Positions 39,405 through 53,639 of a stretch of DNA of 64,000 nucleotides are shown piece by piece. The stretch lies in contig OZ316896.1 in the NCBI GenBank assembly GCA_973895155.1, forward strand, positions 10,737,525 through 10,801,524, read 5' to 3'. Both the position numbers and the translations under genes were made by a program. Every line of letters begins with the position of its first letter. Positions within the stretch are counted from its first letter, which is position 1. The DNA is from Marsupella aquatica (lineage: Eukaryota > Plantae > Marchantiophyta). The notes under the pieces are model-generated. The model was given only the letters and a program-made list of their open reading frames with translations, was not told the DNA's origin and did no database searches.

Positions 39405-41498
39405 AGTGACATCTTGAGGGACCTCAACGTCTGTAAAACAACAAACTAGACAATCTTGGAGTAGTAATGGTGGGAGGGCCTTAGAAGAAAGGGACTCCCA
39501 CAATTTCCCTTCCTCAATCCGTAGTTTCCAACAATTTTCCTTCCCCACTACGTAGAAGGGGCACTCCATAGAAGGGGCACTATGTAGAAGAACACATCCG
39601 TAGAAGGGGCCCCCACACTTTGTTCCTCCCATTTTTCTCTATTCTCATTTGTGAGTTTCTCACCCATTCCTAAACCCTAAACTTTTTCCCTATTGTGCTT
39701 GCTTTCAACGTGTGTACAGACCTTGGTTGTACGAACATCAGTTTTTTGGCCATCTCAAAATCAGGAGTCTATGGGCTTGTTGGAAAGAGCTCGCCAAGAT
39801 GAATCCAACAATGTGTCACACGGCCAAAACGGAGCTAAGATGGGAGAGATACAACAGATCGCGTTTTTTGATAATACGGGGGTTTTGAGGTCGTACGGAC
39901 GTCCGTATTGCAGGAGGTCCCGGCTTTGCAAGGGAAGGAGGAGGTAGCAGCACATATGGGGAACCTTGATCCATGCTTTTCAAAGTTGGGGCCCCCTGGT
40001 GTTGTATGGACGAAACGGAGGGAGACGGTGCCCCGTAAAAACTTAAACGATCATATCTTGGCCGTTTGACCTCCGTTTTGTGCATCGTTTACGGAGCCGT
40101 GATCAGGAAGAGGAGAGCTCCTCAGATATGTTTTCAGAAGTGAATTCTGAGAAAATTTTAGTTTCGACAATTGTAGGGGGCCCCTCCTTTTATGGCGGAC
40201 CAGTGGTGGCGATCAGGAGGATTGAGGCTAGTAGGTAGGATAGATAGATAGGATAGGAGGTGGTGGACTCAAGTGAGTCCTTGTTTAGCGGGGTGGTATT
40301 CACTCAAGAAAGTGATGAGGATGCTAACTCACTGGGCTCAAGCCATGACACTGTGAGTGATGAGGAGGAAGAGTAGTATGGGCGTACGGACTTGGTCGTA
40401 CGGCCTTTCAATTTTGAATTTTTTTGAAAGTTTGGGTACTCACAGGCTTGTTGGAAACAACTCGCGGAGCTGATTCCAACAAGAGGCGGCGCTCCTCAAA
40501 TGGAGCCAGGACGAGAAAGTTAGAGCCCCACGAAGTTGGTCAGTACGGGATACTAAAATGGCCATAACTTGGTCGTCCGATGTCCGTTTCGGGAGAGGTT
40601 TGGTGATTCATGATCAGGAGGAGCAGGGCTACCCAGGAATGTGCTCAGAGGTGCAATCAGAGTGGCACCAAGTTTTGGGCAATTGTGGAGTCCCTTGTAT
40701 TTTCGCGGTTTACGGAGTGATTTTGTGGGGCACCGTCAAAGGCACCATGGGCCCCTTGGTTAGGTAGGGTTTAGGGGTATGTGTGTGCCACATACCGCTA
40801 GGGTTTAGTTGACATTTATCTGTTGGTGATAGGATTTTAGGCGGCGCCGTTAGGAGAAAGTGGCAGCATCCAAGTGCCATCGGGGTGCTTGGGTGTTTTG
40901 GTTTGTGATATTTATGGGGGGAGCCCCGTAGTAGTTAGGGGGAAACTCAGTTTGAAGTTAGAGGGAGGATAGCGGATAGCATTAGGAGCTTGAGAGTGTG
41001 TTCAGAGTAGTGAGGTGGAAGCCATACTCATTGTCCAGGGAGGCAGGAGTTGGGTAGACGGCAGGAGGCCGGGTTACTCATGCAATGTGTATCACTTTCA
41101 CCAAAAGATATGGATCTGGACATTTTACTTGATGGATTTCTTTTGTGTGATTCCTCTCCCTCTGCCTTCTCCGTAGTTGTGTTCTCACTTGTATGATTTG
41201 AAGACACTTGCATGGTTTGGGTCGGCCTTGTGAGTAGGGGTGGTGACAACACCCTTTGGATGACCCTGAGTGGAAATGAGAAGAGAGTAGTCGGCAGGAC
41301 TTGATCAAAAGCTGTGGGGTGGAGTAATCGGTAGACTTGATCAAAACGTACATTTCCGGGAGCGAAAACTAAACTACTCATCCTTGGTGTAAGAATAATC
41401 CAAATAGCGTCCCTCCGTCGTAACCCGTACACGATACAAATGATTTAGTAGAGAAAACCACGTAGTTGTCGTCTTAATCATTTGATAAGCAAGTGACA
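39405..41498 (-). mobile_element. LTR-like element, same family as 731-2688, inverted orientation
   Basis: The minus strand starts TGTCACTTGCTTATCAAA (vs TGTCACCTGCTTATCAAA at 731). Shares ttttgatcaagtctaccga and aacccggcctcctgccgtct blocks. No TSD found. Confidence 0.65.
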
Positions 41499-44400
41499 CT
41501 TGACTTAGTGATACCTTGCGGCGGAATTCCATTTTGCAAGAGATTGTTATGGATGTTGGTGTACCTGTGTTGTGTGTTGTGTGATTATATTTTTCTTGTT
41601 TACATGGTGTGCCGCGATGTGAGTTGTGTATGGATGTGTGTCCACACGACTCCCCCATGCTTTCTCTTCCACATGCTAAACTATTGATGGGGAGCAGCCC
41701 ATGGTACATATTCAGCTCCCAAAAGCCTCTCTCTTCTTCATCTTAGTCTTCTTTATTGTCTGAGATCATTTTCTGGAAATTTGCAGTCTATTGCTCCATA
41801 GCATCCACTGAGGGAAATATCTCACAAATCCCTAAAATTCCACCATGTCCGATGAGCCTACACACTGGAAATGGTCTGAATGAAACCAACCTACTATAAG
41901 CAGAGGCAATGGCACAAACAAAAAGGATCTTCAATGTTTGATAATACCAAAGATTAGAGTGATGGTTGCTTCTCATCAAAAGAAGCTTGCGCATGGGATG
42001 CCAACCAGGACAACTGAACACAGTTTGAACCAGTCCTGGATGCTTTGATTTTAGCTCATGTTAACCAATGTTCAAATAGTGGTCAACCGATGGTGATTCA
42101 AGCTTGAAATGGGGCTGAAATGGGGACACTGCTATCTTCTGACCTCCAAATGGGGAAGCAAATTTGCGGATAGTGGTCATAGTTGGCCCTGGAGATGCTC
42201 TTAGAAGCTAAGCACTTATTTGATAGCAAAATGACAAGTGGGGAGGGCTTTAAAAGTGGTTGGGGCAACACCTTGTTAGGCAATGAGCATTGGGAGGGCC
42301 ATGCATGAACAATGAGGAGAGGGCACAGTCAGGTACCAAGCCACCAAAAACTAATTTATGGTTGTGTTAAGGTGATTCATAAAACATAATCTTAACTCAA
42401 AAAAGGAATGATTCATTATTCTTCTCAGCATCAAAAACTTTTTGAACGGGAAACACTAGAATTAACAAGCTAATTCACTCTCGTGTGTGGATCGTCAAAG
42501 CTTTAGTTCTCTTGAAAAAGAGTTTTGTTGATTCATCTAGATGGGATAACCTAAAATCTTTCTAACAAGATTTGGGGAAGGTTGCCTGAATTTTGAGCAA
42601 CCTTATAGAGAACCCATACCTGCTAGGAATGAACATTTTTTTTTTTTTAATTTTTAATTTTGGTTTTTTTTTTTTTTTTTTTTTTAATGTTTTGACTTGC
42701 CCAGGTCTTTCATTTGATTATCATTTTTTGATCTCGTGTTTCAAGTAACCCCTTCACAGTATTTTTGGAACTTTTTGTCTTTCCCAGTCAGCCACTTATT
42801 TCTTAGTTTGAAATGGACACTGTCTAGAGGAGCACTCAAACACCCCTCAATAAAAATGTCCACAACACCTGTGCTTGCTTAGGACGGAACCTTCTACCTT
42901 TTGGTTGCCAACAACCATGCACACCACACCTTTTTGTTCCCAACAACTATGTATACCACGGTATTTTCTGGATGATTGTTAAAATTTTAACAATAAAAGA
43001 ATTTAATGGAAAAATTAGTGTAAGAGTAGATTTGTATACATTATTCACATAATATCTTCAGTTGGTAGCATTGATTATTACTTTCACAAGTTGACTTACA
43101 GTAGTTGGCCAGAAGCCAGCGCCAGAGCGTGCCCTTTTTTGTCACTATGCAATAATACATATATTATAGACATTATTGTTCTCTTCAGGAATAATGCTAT
43201 TATTCTATCTTATTGTATCATTAAGATAGAATAATCGCATGTTTAATTTGCTTTAGAACAAGATTCTGAAGCAAGTTCCAGGATTAACATGTTATTTCCA
43301 TAGACACAACCTCTTTCCTATCTTGTGAATTTACTCAGCTAGAGGAGAGGCTGACTAGGTCCCGTATTAATCCTCTGTCCCTTATAGCTAGAATGAAATT
43401 TGTTCTATTGGACTACTGTTTGGAATTCCCTCCAGACCTGAGCCTACTTTTCTGTTTTTTTAATTTAGTTTTAATTTGTTGCCTATTGTTCTGTAGTCCT
43501 CATATAATTTGTACTTTATCTTGCTAAGGTCTTGTTTCTGTTTTTTAAGAATCATCCATGTGAAATTTGATGTTGACCCCCTTACACATTTTCAATTTTG
43601 TTTTTCCCCCAATTTTATGCCAACTTCCTAAAATTATTATTGGTTTTTTTCCATGACTAGCCCCGACTACTTGTTCTTTGAACATGAATTTAATAAGTAT
43701 ACATGTCAAACCGTATGGCTTGCACGGTGGTAATCATAGTCGTAAATTTGACCAAGCCGCTCATTTTGGCGCATTCCAAACTATTTGTTTTAAAACTGTA
43801 TTCGACATATTTTTCCGTTTGGTCTTTTTGGGACTTGATGTTTGAGGAGAGCGGAGGTTGGAGGAGAGCGCACAAATGAATGTGATGTGGAAAAGCACTG
43901 CCAGGACAAAGGGTTTGGGAGGAGCTAATGATGGCAAAGTTGAATCAAGGGAGTCTTGGTGTTTATTTTAATTGTTGGAGGCATTGGGGGTTTGTTATGG
44001 GATCTTAATTGCAATTTTGAGTCATTGTTCTCCTTTGTCCATTGTATCTTAGAACAAATTTTGTCATTTTCTCCCCTTTGAATTCAAGACAGGGCTAGGC
44101 AATAGCATTTCAACTCTAGGCAATCACCATTATTTAGCTTAGACTCCAATTCAATCAAAATCAGATGTGAACAATTCACCCCTATTGGCTGTTGGACTCC
44201 AATTAGACCTACTTGGAGCTGATGAGTCAGGGCCGAAGTAGTCAGATACCCCGTCAAACTCTCTTGTTGTGATGAACTTTTCTGTAGCAATGAGCACTTG
44301 AGTTTGTTTAAACCATAGTGACAACAAGTTTAGCAGCACATGTCAGGGAGGAGCAATTGCAATTCTACTTGAATGAAGTCTCAAATGGCAATGCTCCAAC

Positions 44401-44519
44401 AATTTGAAATGGTGTGCAAATTTGGAAGGGTGTGTGCAGTTGGGTGCAATGTGCCATTTACCCCAAACAAATGGCACCCTATTTGCAAATAACTACATTG
44501 CTGACAAATATGCTAAGTG

Positions 44520-44900
44520 TACGTAATCTGAAGACGACGTTCACAATGTCTTCCAAAACCACCAGTGTTGACCATTCACCCCTGCCCTAATGGTATGGGT
44601 GAGCAAAACATACTCTCACTAAGACTTGAGTATAAGTGTGATCTTGAGACAATATGGACATTGTCTTCTAAAACCACTAGTATTGGTTAGTCACCCCTGC
44701 CCTAACAGCACGGGTGAGCAAAAATTGTTCTTGCTGCTAAGTGTGATCTGAAGACAATATGGACATTGTCTTCCAAAAACACACAGGCGTTGGCCATTCC
44801 CCCCCCCCCCCCCGGCCATGCCCAAATGGCATGGGTGAGCAAAATTTGCTCTCGCTGCTAAGTGTGATTTGTGACATTGTGTTCCAAATCCACTAGTGTC
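44520..44900. repeat. ~110-bp degenerate tandem repeat (~4 copies)
   Basis: Recurrent gtgtgat…gacaatatggacattgtcttc…aaac…gggtgagcaaaa units. Confidence 0.75.
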
Positions 44901-46515
44901 ACCGACATGACACAACGTATTGCCTCCTGACTTGTCAAACCCTAAACTCTGAAATAATTTGAATCCATAATCCATAATGTCCTTACCCAAAACTGCATAC
45001 ATGCAGCCCCTGCATGCCACACTTAGTATTGTACCATGGGTTGTACTCCCTTAGGAAATAGTTGCTTTTTAGCCGGTTCTATTTTCCAACTCCCAGAAAA
45101 AAGTTCGATTCTATTCTTCTATGATCTTCTCATGCTGCACACTCTTGGGGCAAGGTTGATAGTTGTGTGCACCTTTTGAACAATGGATATTGAGTCATGG
45201 TCTGGTTGTGTACATGGATGCGATTATTGTTGGGCAGAAGGTGGAATGAAATACTAGAACTCTGCAACTTGCTGCATCCTGTCAGCATGCTTATACAAAT
45301 TTGCTTATTGGGGCTTTACAATGAGAGGACAAACAGTATACATTTGTTAGAATATAGCTTCCAAGCTTCTGAAGTACTGAGGGGCTTGGGTGGAGAAGGC
45401 AATAATGTATTTCAAGAGTTTGACAAGACAAACTATTATGATACCCTTGAGGTGGTCAAAATTTTGGCCACAAAATAGTGTACAGGTCACCATTTTGGCA
45501 TTACTCACCAGGACAAGGGCCATGTAGGTTCAGGCATACTAGTGTTGAAGTGACTACCATGAGTCTATTGTTTACAGTAAAGTATTGGTCAAACTTTGGA
45601 TCAGCTCAATATGAAAGTTATTCTATGTTTTTACTAAAATTAGCAAAAACAAATTTCTTCTTAGGCTTTGAAGTGTATTAAGGTCCTGAAAACTACAAGG
45701 TCTACAGCATTACGGGCAATAATGTCCAGGCTACCTTATGGCCATTATGGGCAATAGCAGCCCCTCAGAACTCCAGCCAGAGCTCCCTTGTTTTGGGGTA
45801 TTATAGCACACAATGCCTCACTGTAAATATGACTTTACTACATACATAATGCCCTCATTCTAGGTGATTTTTTTATTTAGGAAAACCCTCTCAACCTTGA
45901 AGCAACCCAATGCCCTAGGTGTGGGACATCACCAAAAGTTAAAGCACCTTTGGCCAAAGCCATCTACACTGTTAATTGTGATTAGTGTTACTAACACTAA
46001 TTCAAGGCAGAGATTAAATTATGCGCTCTACTTATGGATTAATATTACTCACACTGGTTCCTGACTTCTTTTCTTCCAAGGTAGCACATGTGAAGGTTTT
46101 TTGGGGGGGTTTAGCAAAAGAGTTAAACAAATTGTGGAAGAATATTAGGGGTGTTTGAATTCAGTTTTGAGAATTATGATAATTATAGGTTTTTCTTAAA
46201 AAAACATGAGAATATTCCAAAAAGTTTGGCGTAAAAATCCCCTTTTAAAAACTTTATTTTGTAAGTTTTAGGGGTTTTGTAGGCTCAATGTCAACCTTGC
46301 AGCAGCACAATCCAGCAGCTATGGCAGCAACACAGCATCATGATGAAGCGCCGATGCTGGGGCAGCAAGTAGCAAAGTGAAGCGGAGCTGAGGCAGCAAG
46401 GTCATCCAAAGCCACGGCAGCGATGACCCTGTTACTTACAAAGGTAGTGCAATGTGCCCTCATTTTCTTGTGAGAAAACGAGGCCCGATGCTCATCAGCG
46501 CCGTGAGCTCGACTG

Positions 46516-48100
46516 TGAGGACCCGTGATGCCTGGAAGGAGTCGCGGAACTCGACTACCTTAACACTTAGCTCCGGCGTCGTTGACTCTGACGCCAAGCT
46601 CCCTTATGGTCCAGGCCCGGATAGGCCATCTGGGGAGGACTTAGCATGGGGAGACATGTGGGCAATGAGACGTGGCACTAGCGAAGGCAAGGCGCCGAAC
46701 TGGTGACACACACTAAGGACTCAGACTAGATGGGAGCTGGTCGGTCAAGGGGAAAAGGGTCAGGCTCAAAGTTGACCGTTCGGACCCCTGGATGCACTTT
46801 GAGTTCTGAGGGCTTGAGTGAGAGCTCCTCTTGGGCCCAAGGCCAATGGAGTTGACGCCTGGGGCAACGGATGCTTGGGGCGCTAGTTATGGCCCGATCC
46901 GAGTTTGGCCAATCGGGGGCCCTGAGCGGCGATGAGATCTGAGGGCCTAGGCATGAGCACTGGGTTGGCCCGATCATAACGGGCTAAGGCACTCTGCTTG
47001 CGAACGCCTAACTAGGAAGTTATGGGCGTTGCTAGTTGGTGGCGCGCCCAGACATGCGGGATAGGATCTGGGTTGCGGCCAAAAAAGTTGAGGACCAAAG
47101 TTGGTCCGGGGGTGGCAGGTCTCCAGAAGCATATATGAGGGAAGTGGTGTCTCCCTAGGGGCTAAGGGCGAGCCAAAGTCGTGAGCCGCGGTGGTCGCGA
47201 CACTAAGGGAAAATGCCAAACGGAAACGACGATATCTTCCCAATGGTGCATTGGAAAGCTCTCAAGGAGGGCGACATACTCCTAAGCTCAGTTGGGTCTT
47301 GAGGAGCCATGGGTTCTCAAGGTTTGCGGGTGTTATCACGCCCGCTTGCCAAATCCTACCGAAACAGCAGCCAAGCCACGTTCAGTCCAAAGCTTGCGTT
47401 GGGGAGGCAAGGCCAAGTAGGTGTGGAGGTTGAGTTCCAAGGGCACTTGGCCCCTAGACCATCAGTGGGGCGAGAACCGGGAGTTGGTTGCTAGAGTCGG
47501 GGCCATTCTGGTCCCGACGTGTTGGGACAAGCTTGGGGCAAGCTTTAGGACAAGCTACGCTATTTGGGCCATGAGCATGTCCTGGGGTCAGGGCGGTCAA
47601 TTGGGGATGGATAGGTACAAGGGGGAACCCGGGCCGAGCCCAAGGAGGGAGTTGTTCCGGACAAACAGTGGGCGTTGGTTTGGTTCAGGCTTATGGCATC
47701 GGGAGGACCTATCGCTGACCTACTTACCAATGTCTGTTGAGCTTGAGTTAGGATGCTAGACTTGGGGATATCTAGATCCTGAAGGGTTACTTACCGAGAC
47801 GTTTGGTTGCTTGTGCACACAGTGAGGACCGTTGAGTAGCGGTCGTGTCGGAGAGCAAGTGCGGCTTCGTATGGGAGGGGCCGCTGGTGGTGCTAGGGCA
47901 CTAGGTTGCTTGCTCGAGGTATTCTGTGGAGACGTTCGAACACCAGGGGCACTTAGGCATAGGTGCTGGGATTGGTGAAGGCGCCCGGTGGCTGGACTGC
48001 ACAAACCTGCCAAATGAGGGCCGACCCAGGTTAGAGTGAGGGGAAGGGGGCCTGCTGGATTTTCCCCCAGAAACATTTTGGATTGTTGGATGATGCGTAG
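46516..48100. mobile_element. GC-rich LTR-like repeat fragment
   Basis: Begins TGTGAGGACCCG and is non-coding. Contains ggaaagctctc and gttatggc modules like those in the other LTR-like elements. Boundaries are uncertain. Confidence 0.35.
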
Positions 48101-48459
48101 TTAACTAGGGGTGGTGAACTAAACTGGAGTCTGGAAAACAGTGGCATTGTAGTCAATACACTAAAAAGTGTGGCACATTGTGATATTCGGACTAATAAGG
48201 TGACAATCTAGTAAAAACCAGTTTTGAAAAATTCACAAGATTTAATGTTACTTTAAACTCAAGATCACCTATTTTAGCTAGCGCCTGAAACCAAAGTGAA
48301 AAAAGTATTTTGGAAAACTGACAAGAATTAAGGTTACTTTTGACTCAAGATCACTTTCACCAAAATTAGTGTTAGTTACAATAACTTGGTAGTAGTGCTA
48401 ATTTTTACATAATACTAATTAGTGTGAAGTGTTGCTTTGTTGGGGAGAACTGCTGTCAG

Positions 48460-48920
48460 TAGTGCCTTTGGCATCAGGGCCCTTTCTGGAGTATCTGCAG
48501 CCCCTCTCCACTGATTGAAAGCCCCTCTAGCTTTATTTGGGAGAACGAGTGCCTTTGGCATCAGGGTCAATTTTTTTAGTATCTGCAGCCTCTTTCTCCA
48601 CTGATTGAAGGCCCCTCTGGCTAAAGCCCTCAGTCGACAGTAGCTTTATTTGGGAAAACGAGTGCCCTTGGCATCAGGGTAATTTTTTTGGAGTATCTGG
48701 GGCACCTCTCTCCACTAGTTAAAAGCACCTTTGGGTAAAGCCTTTAGCTTTACGTGGGAGAACGAGAACCTTTGCCATGAGCGTCGCTTTTTTGGAGTAT
48801 CTGCAGCCCTGTCGCCACTTATTGAAAGCCCCTTTTAAAGCCCTCCAACTTCATTTGGTCGACCAGTGCCTTCGGCATCAGGGTCGTTTTTTCGAGTACT
48901 TGTAGCCCCTCTCTCCACTA
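48460..48920. repeat. ~90-113-bp degenerate tandem repeat (~5 copies)
   Basis: agtgcc(t/c)ttggcatcaggg…gagtatctgcagcc…tctccact recurs near 48461, 48548, 48661, 48766 and 48865. Confidence 0.8.
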
Positions 48921-51900
48921 CAGTAGAACCTCATAGATGCCCATCCCTGAAAATTTATAGTATCTCCAGCCAGTAGAATCTAGACCTCCTTCTCTCTACT
49001 GCATCCCTATGGATCCTCATGCTTGCCCATGCTGGTTCAACAAACTAAATATTCCCAACAAGAGCCAAACTATAGGGATCGTAGCCCTGATCCTCCAATC
49101 ATTCCCAGAGATGACTTTTCTCAAAATGATCTGCATAACTCATATCCAGCTAACTTACAATGTGAGCATTCATCTCAGATAGCCCCTTCCCAGCACTCAA
49201 ACTTCGGTATTTTATATTATGGATGGATGTTCTCTTCACCGAACACAACATAAAGCAACAAATCAAAAAGGCATGTGTAGCATAAAGCAACGGATAGAGA
49301 AAACAGGAAAAAAAGACACGGCCCACCTTGGGGTTGAACAGGAAGAACACGCCATATCCCACTAGCCCCACCTTGGAGGGGAAAAGGAAGAAAACCCAGT
49401 TTAGTACAACCGTACCTGTGGGGCACGGTGGCAGCTGGTGTGGGACCCTGGGTGTCAGGTGGACTAAGTGCCATACCAATGTACTCCAGATGGACCAGAT
49501 GGATACTTTGAATAACACAAGCGCATTCCCAGGAATGTTTCTATATCTGACTGAGTCCTTACAAGAAGACTGTCTCTCTAATGGTAGCCATTCAAATGGG
49601 GGAACAGGTCTTCAAGATTGGGGGACAATCTGGCAAACCAATACCAATCAATGTCACCTTCAAGTGGTGTTTTTTTTTTGCTGATGTTTACTTATAAAAA
49701 ACTTAGACCAGCTCAATCTCTAAAGAATGGATAGCTTGGTCCATTTCTATTCATGGTCTTGCGTTTAGTACCTCCAGTCCTGGCACATTTTGGCTCGGGC
49801 TTGTTGACTTCAGTGTATGCAATGGGTGAATGGCCACTATTTGTGCCTTAACGTTGTTGTAAAGCCCCCCTCAGAAAATGAGTGAGTGGCTAATTGAGGC
49901 TTTACCTGGCATTTATTTGAGCGGGGGATCAAGAGCTGCAGCACACAAACAGAGGCTCGTCCACATAGGTTCCCATTCATTTTCAATTTTATGAGGGCCC
50001 TTCAAGTCTCCTATGATGAGACAGTCCAAAGAAACAAGGGGATGGTGGAGGAGTTCCCCACACTGTCTTGCCTGCCAAGTCGATCTGGCATGCACAGAGC
50101 AAACTATGTGAGGCCCTGAGAACGGCTATAAAGGTGGAGCAATTTGGTCAAGATTCAAATCTAAATTGTCAAGGTCTGACTCCCTTATCTCGTCACCTGC
50201 CTGGGTGTCTACAATGCTGGTGGGAGTGCTCTAGGAACAGGAGAAGAAGAAGGAGGGGGAGGGTGAGGAGGGGGAGGAGGAGGAGGAGGAGGAGGGAAGA
50301 AAACTTTTACTAGGCCTTTCTCCAAACAAGTCTATCCCATTTTTCCATAGTGGGCATAAAATTGACAACTAAATCTTTGTCCTTAAATAGGCAAAACCAA
50401 GGGATGAGCAAAACAAAGGCTGGATTTTCCCCCCATTTTCAGCCTGTCCCTTGTGCCCAATCTATGGATAGATGGACCTGAGCTGATGATGAAGTGTATG
50501 ATCCAAGTGCTAAGAGCATTCCCACCGGGGACGACATTGCTGACTATATCATCACATTGGTGATTCTAAAACTAAGAATTTAGCTGCCATCAAGTGACTA
50601 CATCTAGGTTCAAGGTAGGTTGGGATCACAGATCTAGTGACTACTATGAAAATTGCGGCAGATGTGATGCTTCCTTTATAGTCACTACTATTCATTTGTG
50701 ATGTAAGTACTTGATAGCAGGCTTGATAGGGAAATCATTGAATGATGGAGGGCCATTCATTGAGGATTGACTAGATTAGTTCTATTCTGGCACTTTATTT
50801 CCATTTTGGCACCATTTTGCCCTGCAGATGGAAGGAAGGACAAAAATATGAACCTATCCAGCTCGGTGTGAATCCTGCCATAGTTCCTTCCCCCTGTTTT
50901 GCCCTGTGGATAGAAGGAAGGAAATGCTGTGCTGAGCTTTCCTACAATCTTTTCCCCTGTTGCCCACCATTTTGTTTAGTCCCTATTACCCCCTAGTTAG
51001 ATGAAAGGAAGTGCTCTGCTGGGCCTTCATTCAATCCTTTGCCCAGATGCCCACCATTTGGCAACACTGCTGTAATCCCTATCACCCTTTATTTCCACAA
51101 AATCTTTAGTTTGCATAACAATATACTTTCTGCAATGATATATTTTTTTTCTCTTTGGCACAATGACCTCTTTATGAAATATATCCTCAATATAATCTTT
51201 TATGCAACGTCATCTTTTGGGTAACGATGTCTTTTACACAATAACATATTTTGTATAACAACATCTCTCGTGTAAGGCTTAGATATTGAGATACTTCTGC
51301 ATAATGACCAATCACCCAAACCTTCAAATATGTTTTGTATAGCCCTTACTGGCTGATGGTAGGAATTATAAAACATTATCAAAAAATAAACTGAGAAATT
51401 AGTATCAACTAAGACTTTCCCCTCAAGTGCTTTCAATACTTAATGGTTCACCATTGGATCAATCCAAACTAGCCAGAGTTTCATCAACAGTGACAAAAAA
51501 GTCAAAATATCATGATTTAACACAAATAGTGACAAAGTATCCAATTCTATCCTTTTGGTGCCCCTCAACCCTATGATTGACCTAGGATGCGGTACACAAC
51601 AAGAACACACAAGAATCTGTAAATCAGGTTGGACTTATCTAGACACAGGTTGGACTTATCTGGACAATCTCATAAACAAGTTGCTATAATGGTGAATCCA
51701 CCTTTCAAATTTTGTCTTATCCATATTTTTTGTGTCATGTATTTTTATTTAAATGTGCCTTATCAAGGGGCAGCCTTTGTAACATATATATTTTCCATTG
51801 ATTTTTAGACCCCTTTAATTTTAGGTATTCTAGAGTATTTTGAATTTATTTTGGCAGCCCCCTTCTAACTTTTAAAGTTTGGGATCTCTTAGAGATGAAA

Positions 51901-52829
51901 CCAACGAGCTTTGAGCTCCTGTCTATAGGTTTTGAGCTCCTGGCCATGGAGTTCAGACTGTAGCACAGTTTTTGCGTCATTTTGACTACCCTCTCGCACT
52001 CAGTTTTTCTCGGAATCCATTTTTCTCAATTGCGTTAGCTTGCTCTTGCCGAGGCGCATCAAAATTGATATAAAACACGTCAAAAACGGTGTCGTATCGA
52101 CATACTTATGGTCACATTCGTTTTCGCTGTTTTTCAGCCATTTTTCTATGATTTTTGCCTTCCTTTCGACGATCATATCTTGGTCAATCTTTCACGGATT
52201 TCAGATTTCTCAAGTGCTTTGTATAGCTCTTCTCCGGGAGAATCAGATTGATCCCAAGAGCGGTCCAATTGGTCTCATATTGCCCCGATTGGACTTTGAT
52301 TAGCTTTCACATTTTTTTTCAAGTTCAACCGTACTCACTTTCAATTAGCTTTGGGGTCCTATAGCAGTTCCTCGTTCACGGAATCAGGCATTCTCATGTG
52401 ATTTGGCCAGCTCTTGTCCAGGAGTGCAACATCTATCCCTACCGCGGTCCTTTTGGTGACATATCAACCACTTTCGGCTCCGATTACGATTCTGATTTAC
52501 TCCTCCATTTTTGGTGACGGTTTCCCTTGATCAACTTTGGAGCATTCTTGTATTGCCACGTTTCTCCTCCGATGGAGTGTGATTGCCCATCAACCAAGCA
52601 AAACTTGCTTGTGCACTAAAGCTGACTAAGCCAACTTCATCATTTAGATCATTTTGTGCTGTCTAAATTCATTTCTATTGCAATGGATACAAATAGCTGC
52701 AATGGATACAAATAGATGGTCTATTTTGGTGGAATCTTAGTACTAATGAAGGCCAAATTTGAGAATTAAACAAATGTCAGTGAATGATTAGCTTTCCACA
52801 TAAGATACATATTGGGACACAAATGCATT

Positions 52830-53380
52830 CTAAGCCAATTTACCTAAGCCGACTTTAAGCCAATTTGACCTAGGAAAATTAGACCTGAGCTGACCTCACC
52901 TACTCCAATCTGACCAGAGAAAACCTTGGCTAAGCCAAGTTGGCCTTTGCCAACCTAATCTATGTAAGCCAACTTCAAAATTTAGACCTGTCCAGCTTTG
53001 CGCATTTTTAATTTCATTTCTATTGGCTAAAAAGGTGTGAATTTATTGCCTGATAGTACAGACATAGCCGTGTACTCTGGTAAAAGATCAGTGCCACTAG
53101 AGCTTGAAGTTGAGAAATAAAAATGTACAAAGATATATAAAATAGACTCAAAAATAGACAAAGCTAACCAGTGATCAGTTTGCCGCACTATACACAAATG
53201 TCTTCTATGTAAGGCCAATGACACCTAAGATGATTTCACCTAAGGCAGCTGATTTACCTAAGTTGACCTTAAGTTAACCTGACCTAAGCAGATCTGACCT
53301 CAGCCAAAATTTATCTGGTTAGTTTGTCGCAAAAGACATGATTAATGCCTTCTAAGCTGATTTGACCTAAACCCCAATTT
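52830..53380. repeat. Cluster of short (G/T)ACCTAAG-like repeats, possible subterminal region of the large element
   Basis: More than 10 variants, e.g. tacctaagttgaccttaagttaacctgacctaagcagatctgacctcagcc at 53256-53305. Confidence 0.55.
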
Positions 53381-53639
53381 AAGGAAAACCGAACTTTGGA
53401 AATTCCGAAAATCACTAAATATTATTATTTTAATAAAAAGGGGGCGACATGACGCGTGGCTGCACGTGAAACCCTGAAAATGACTGCAACGTCACATTTT
53501 AACCAATCCAACTTGACGGGACCAAGAGACATGCTCACGCGAATAATAATAATAATAGAGAAATAAATCTTTGAGATCCTTTATATATGATAACCAGTAT
53601 ATAAGGAGTTTACAAATAGTTTCTAGAACGACATACAAA

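Noticed and set aside
43711-43740. Helitron 3' end (ccgt…acgg hairpin followed by catagt)
   Set aside because: The hairpin is weak, the terminus is not CTRR, and no 5' end or second copy was seen.
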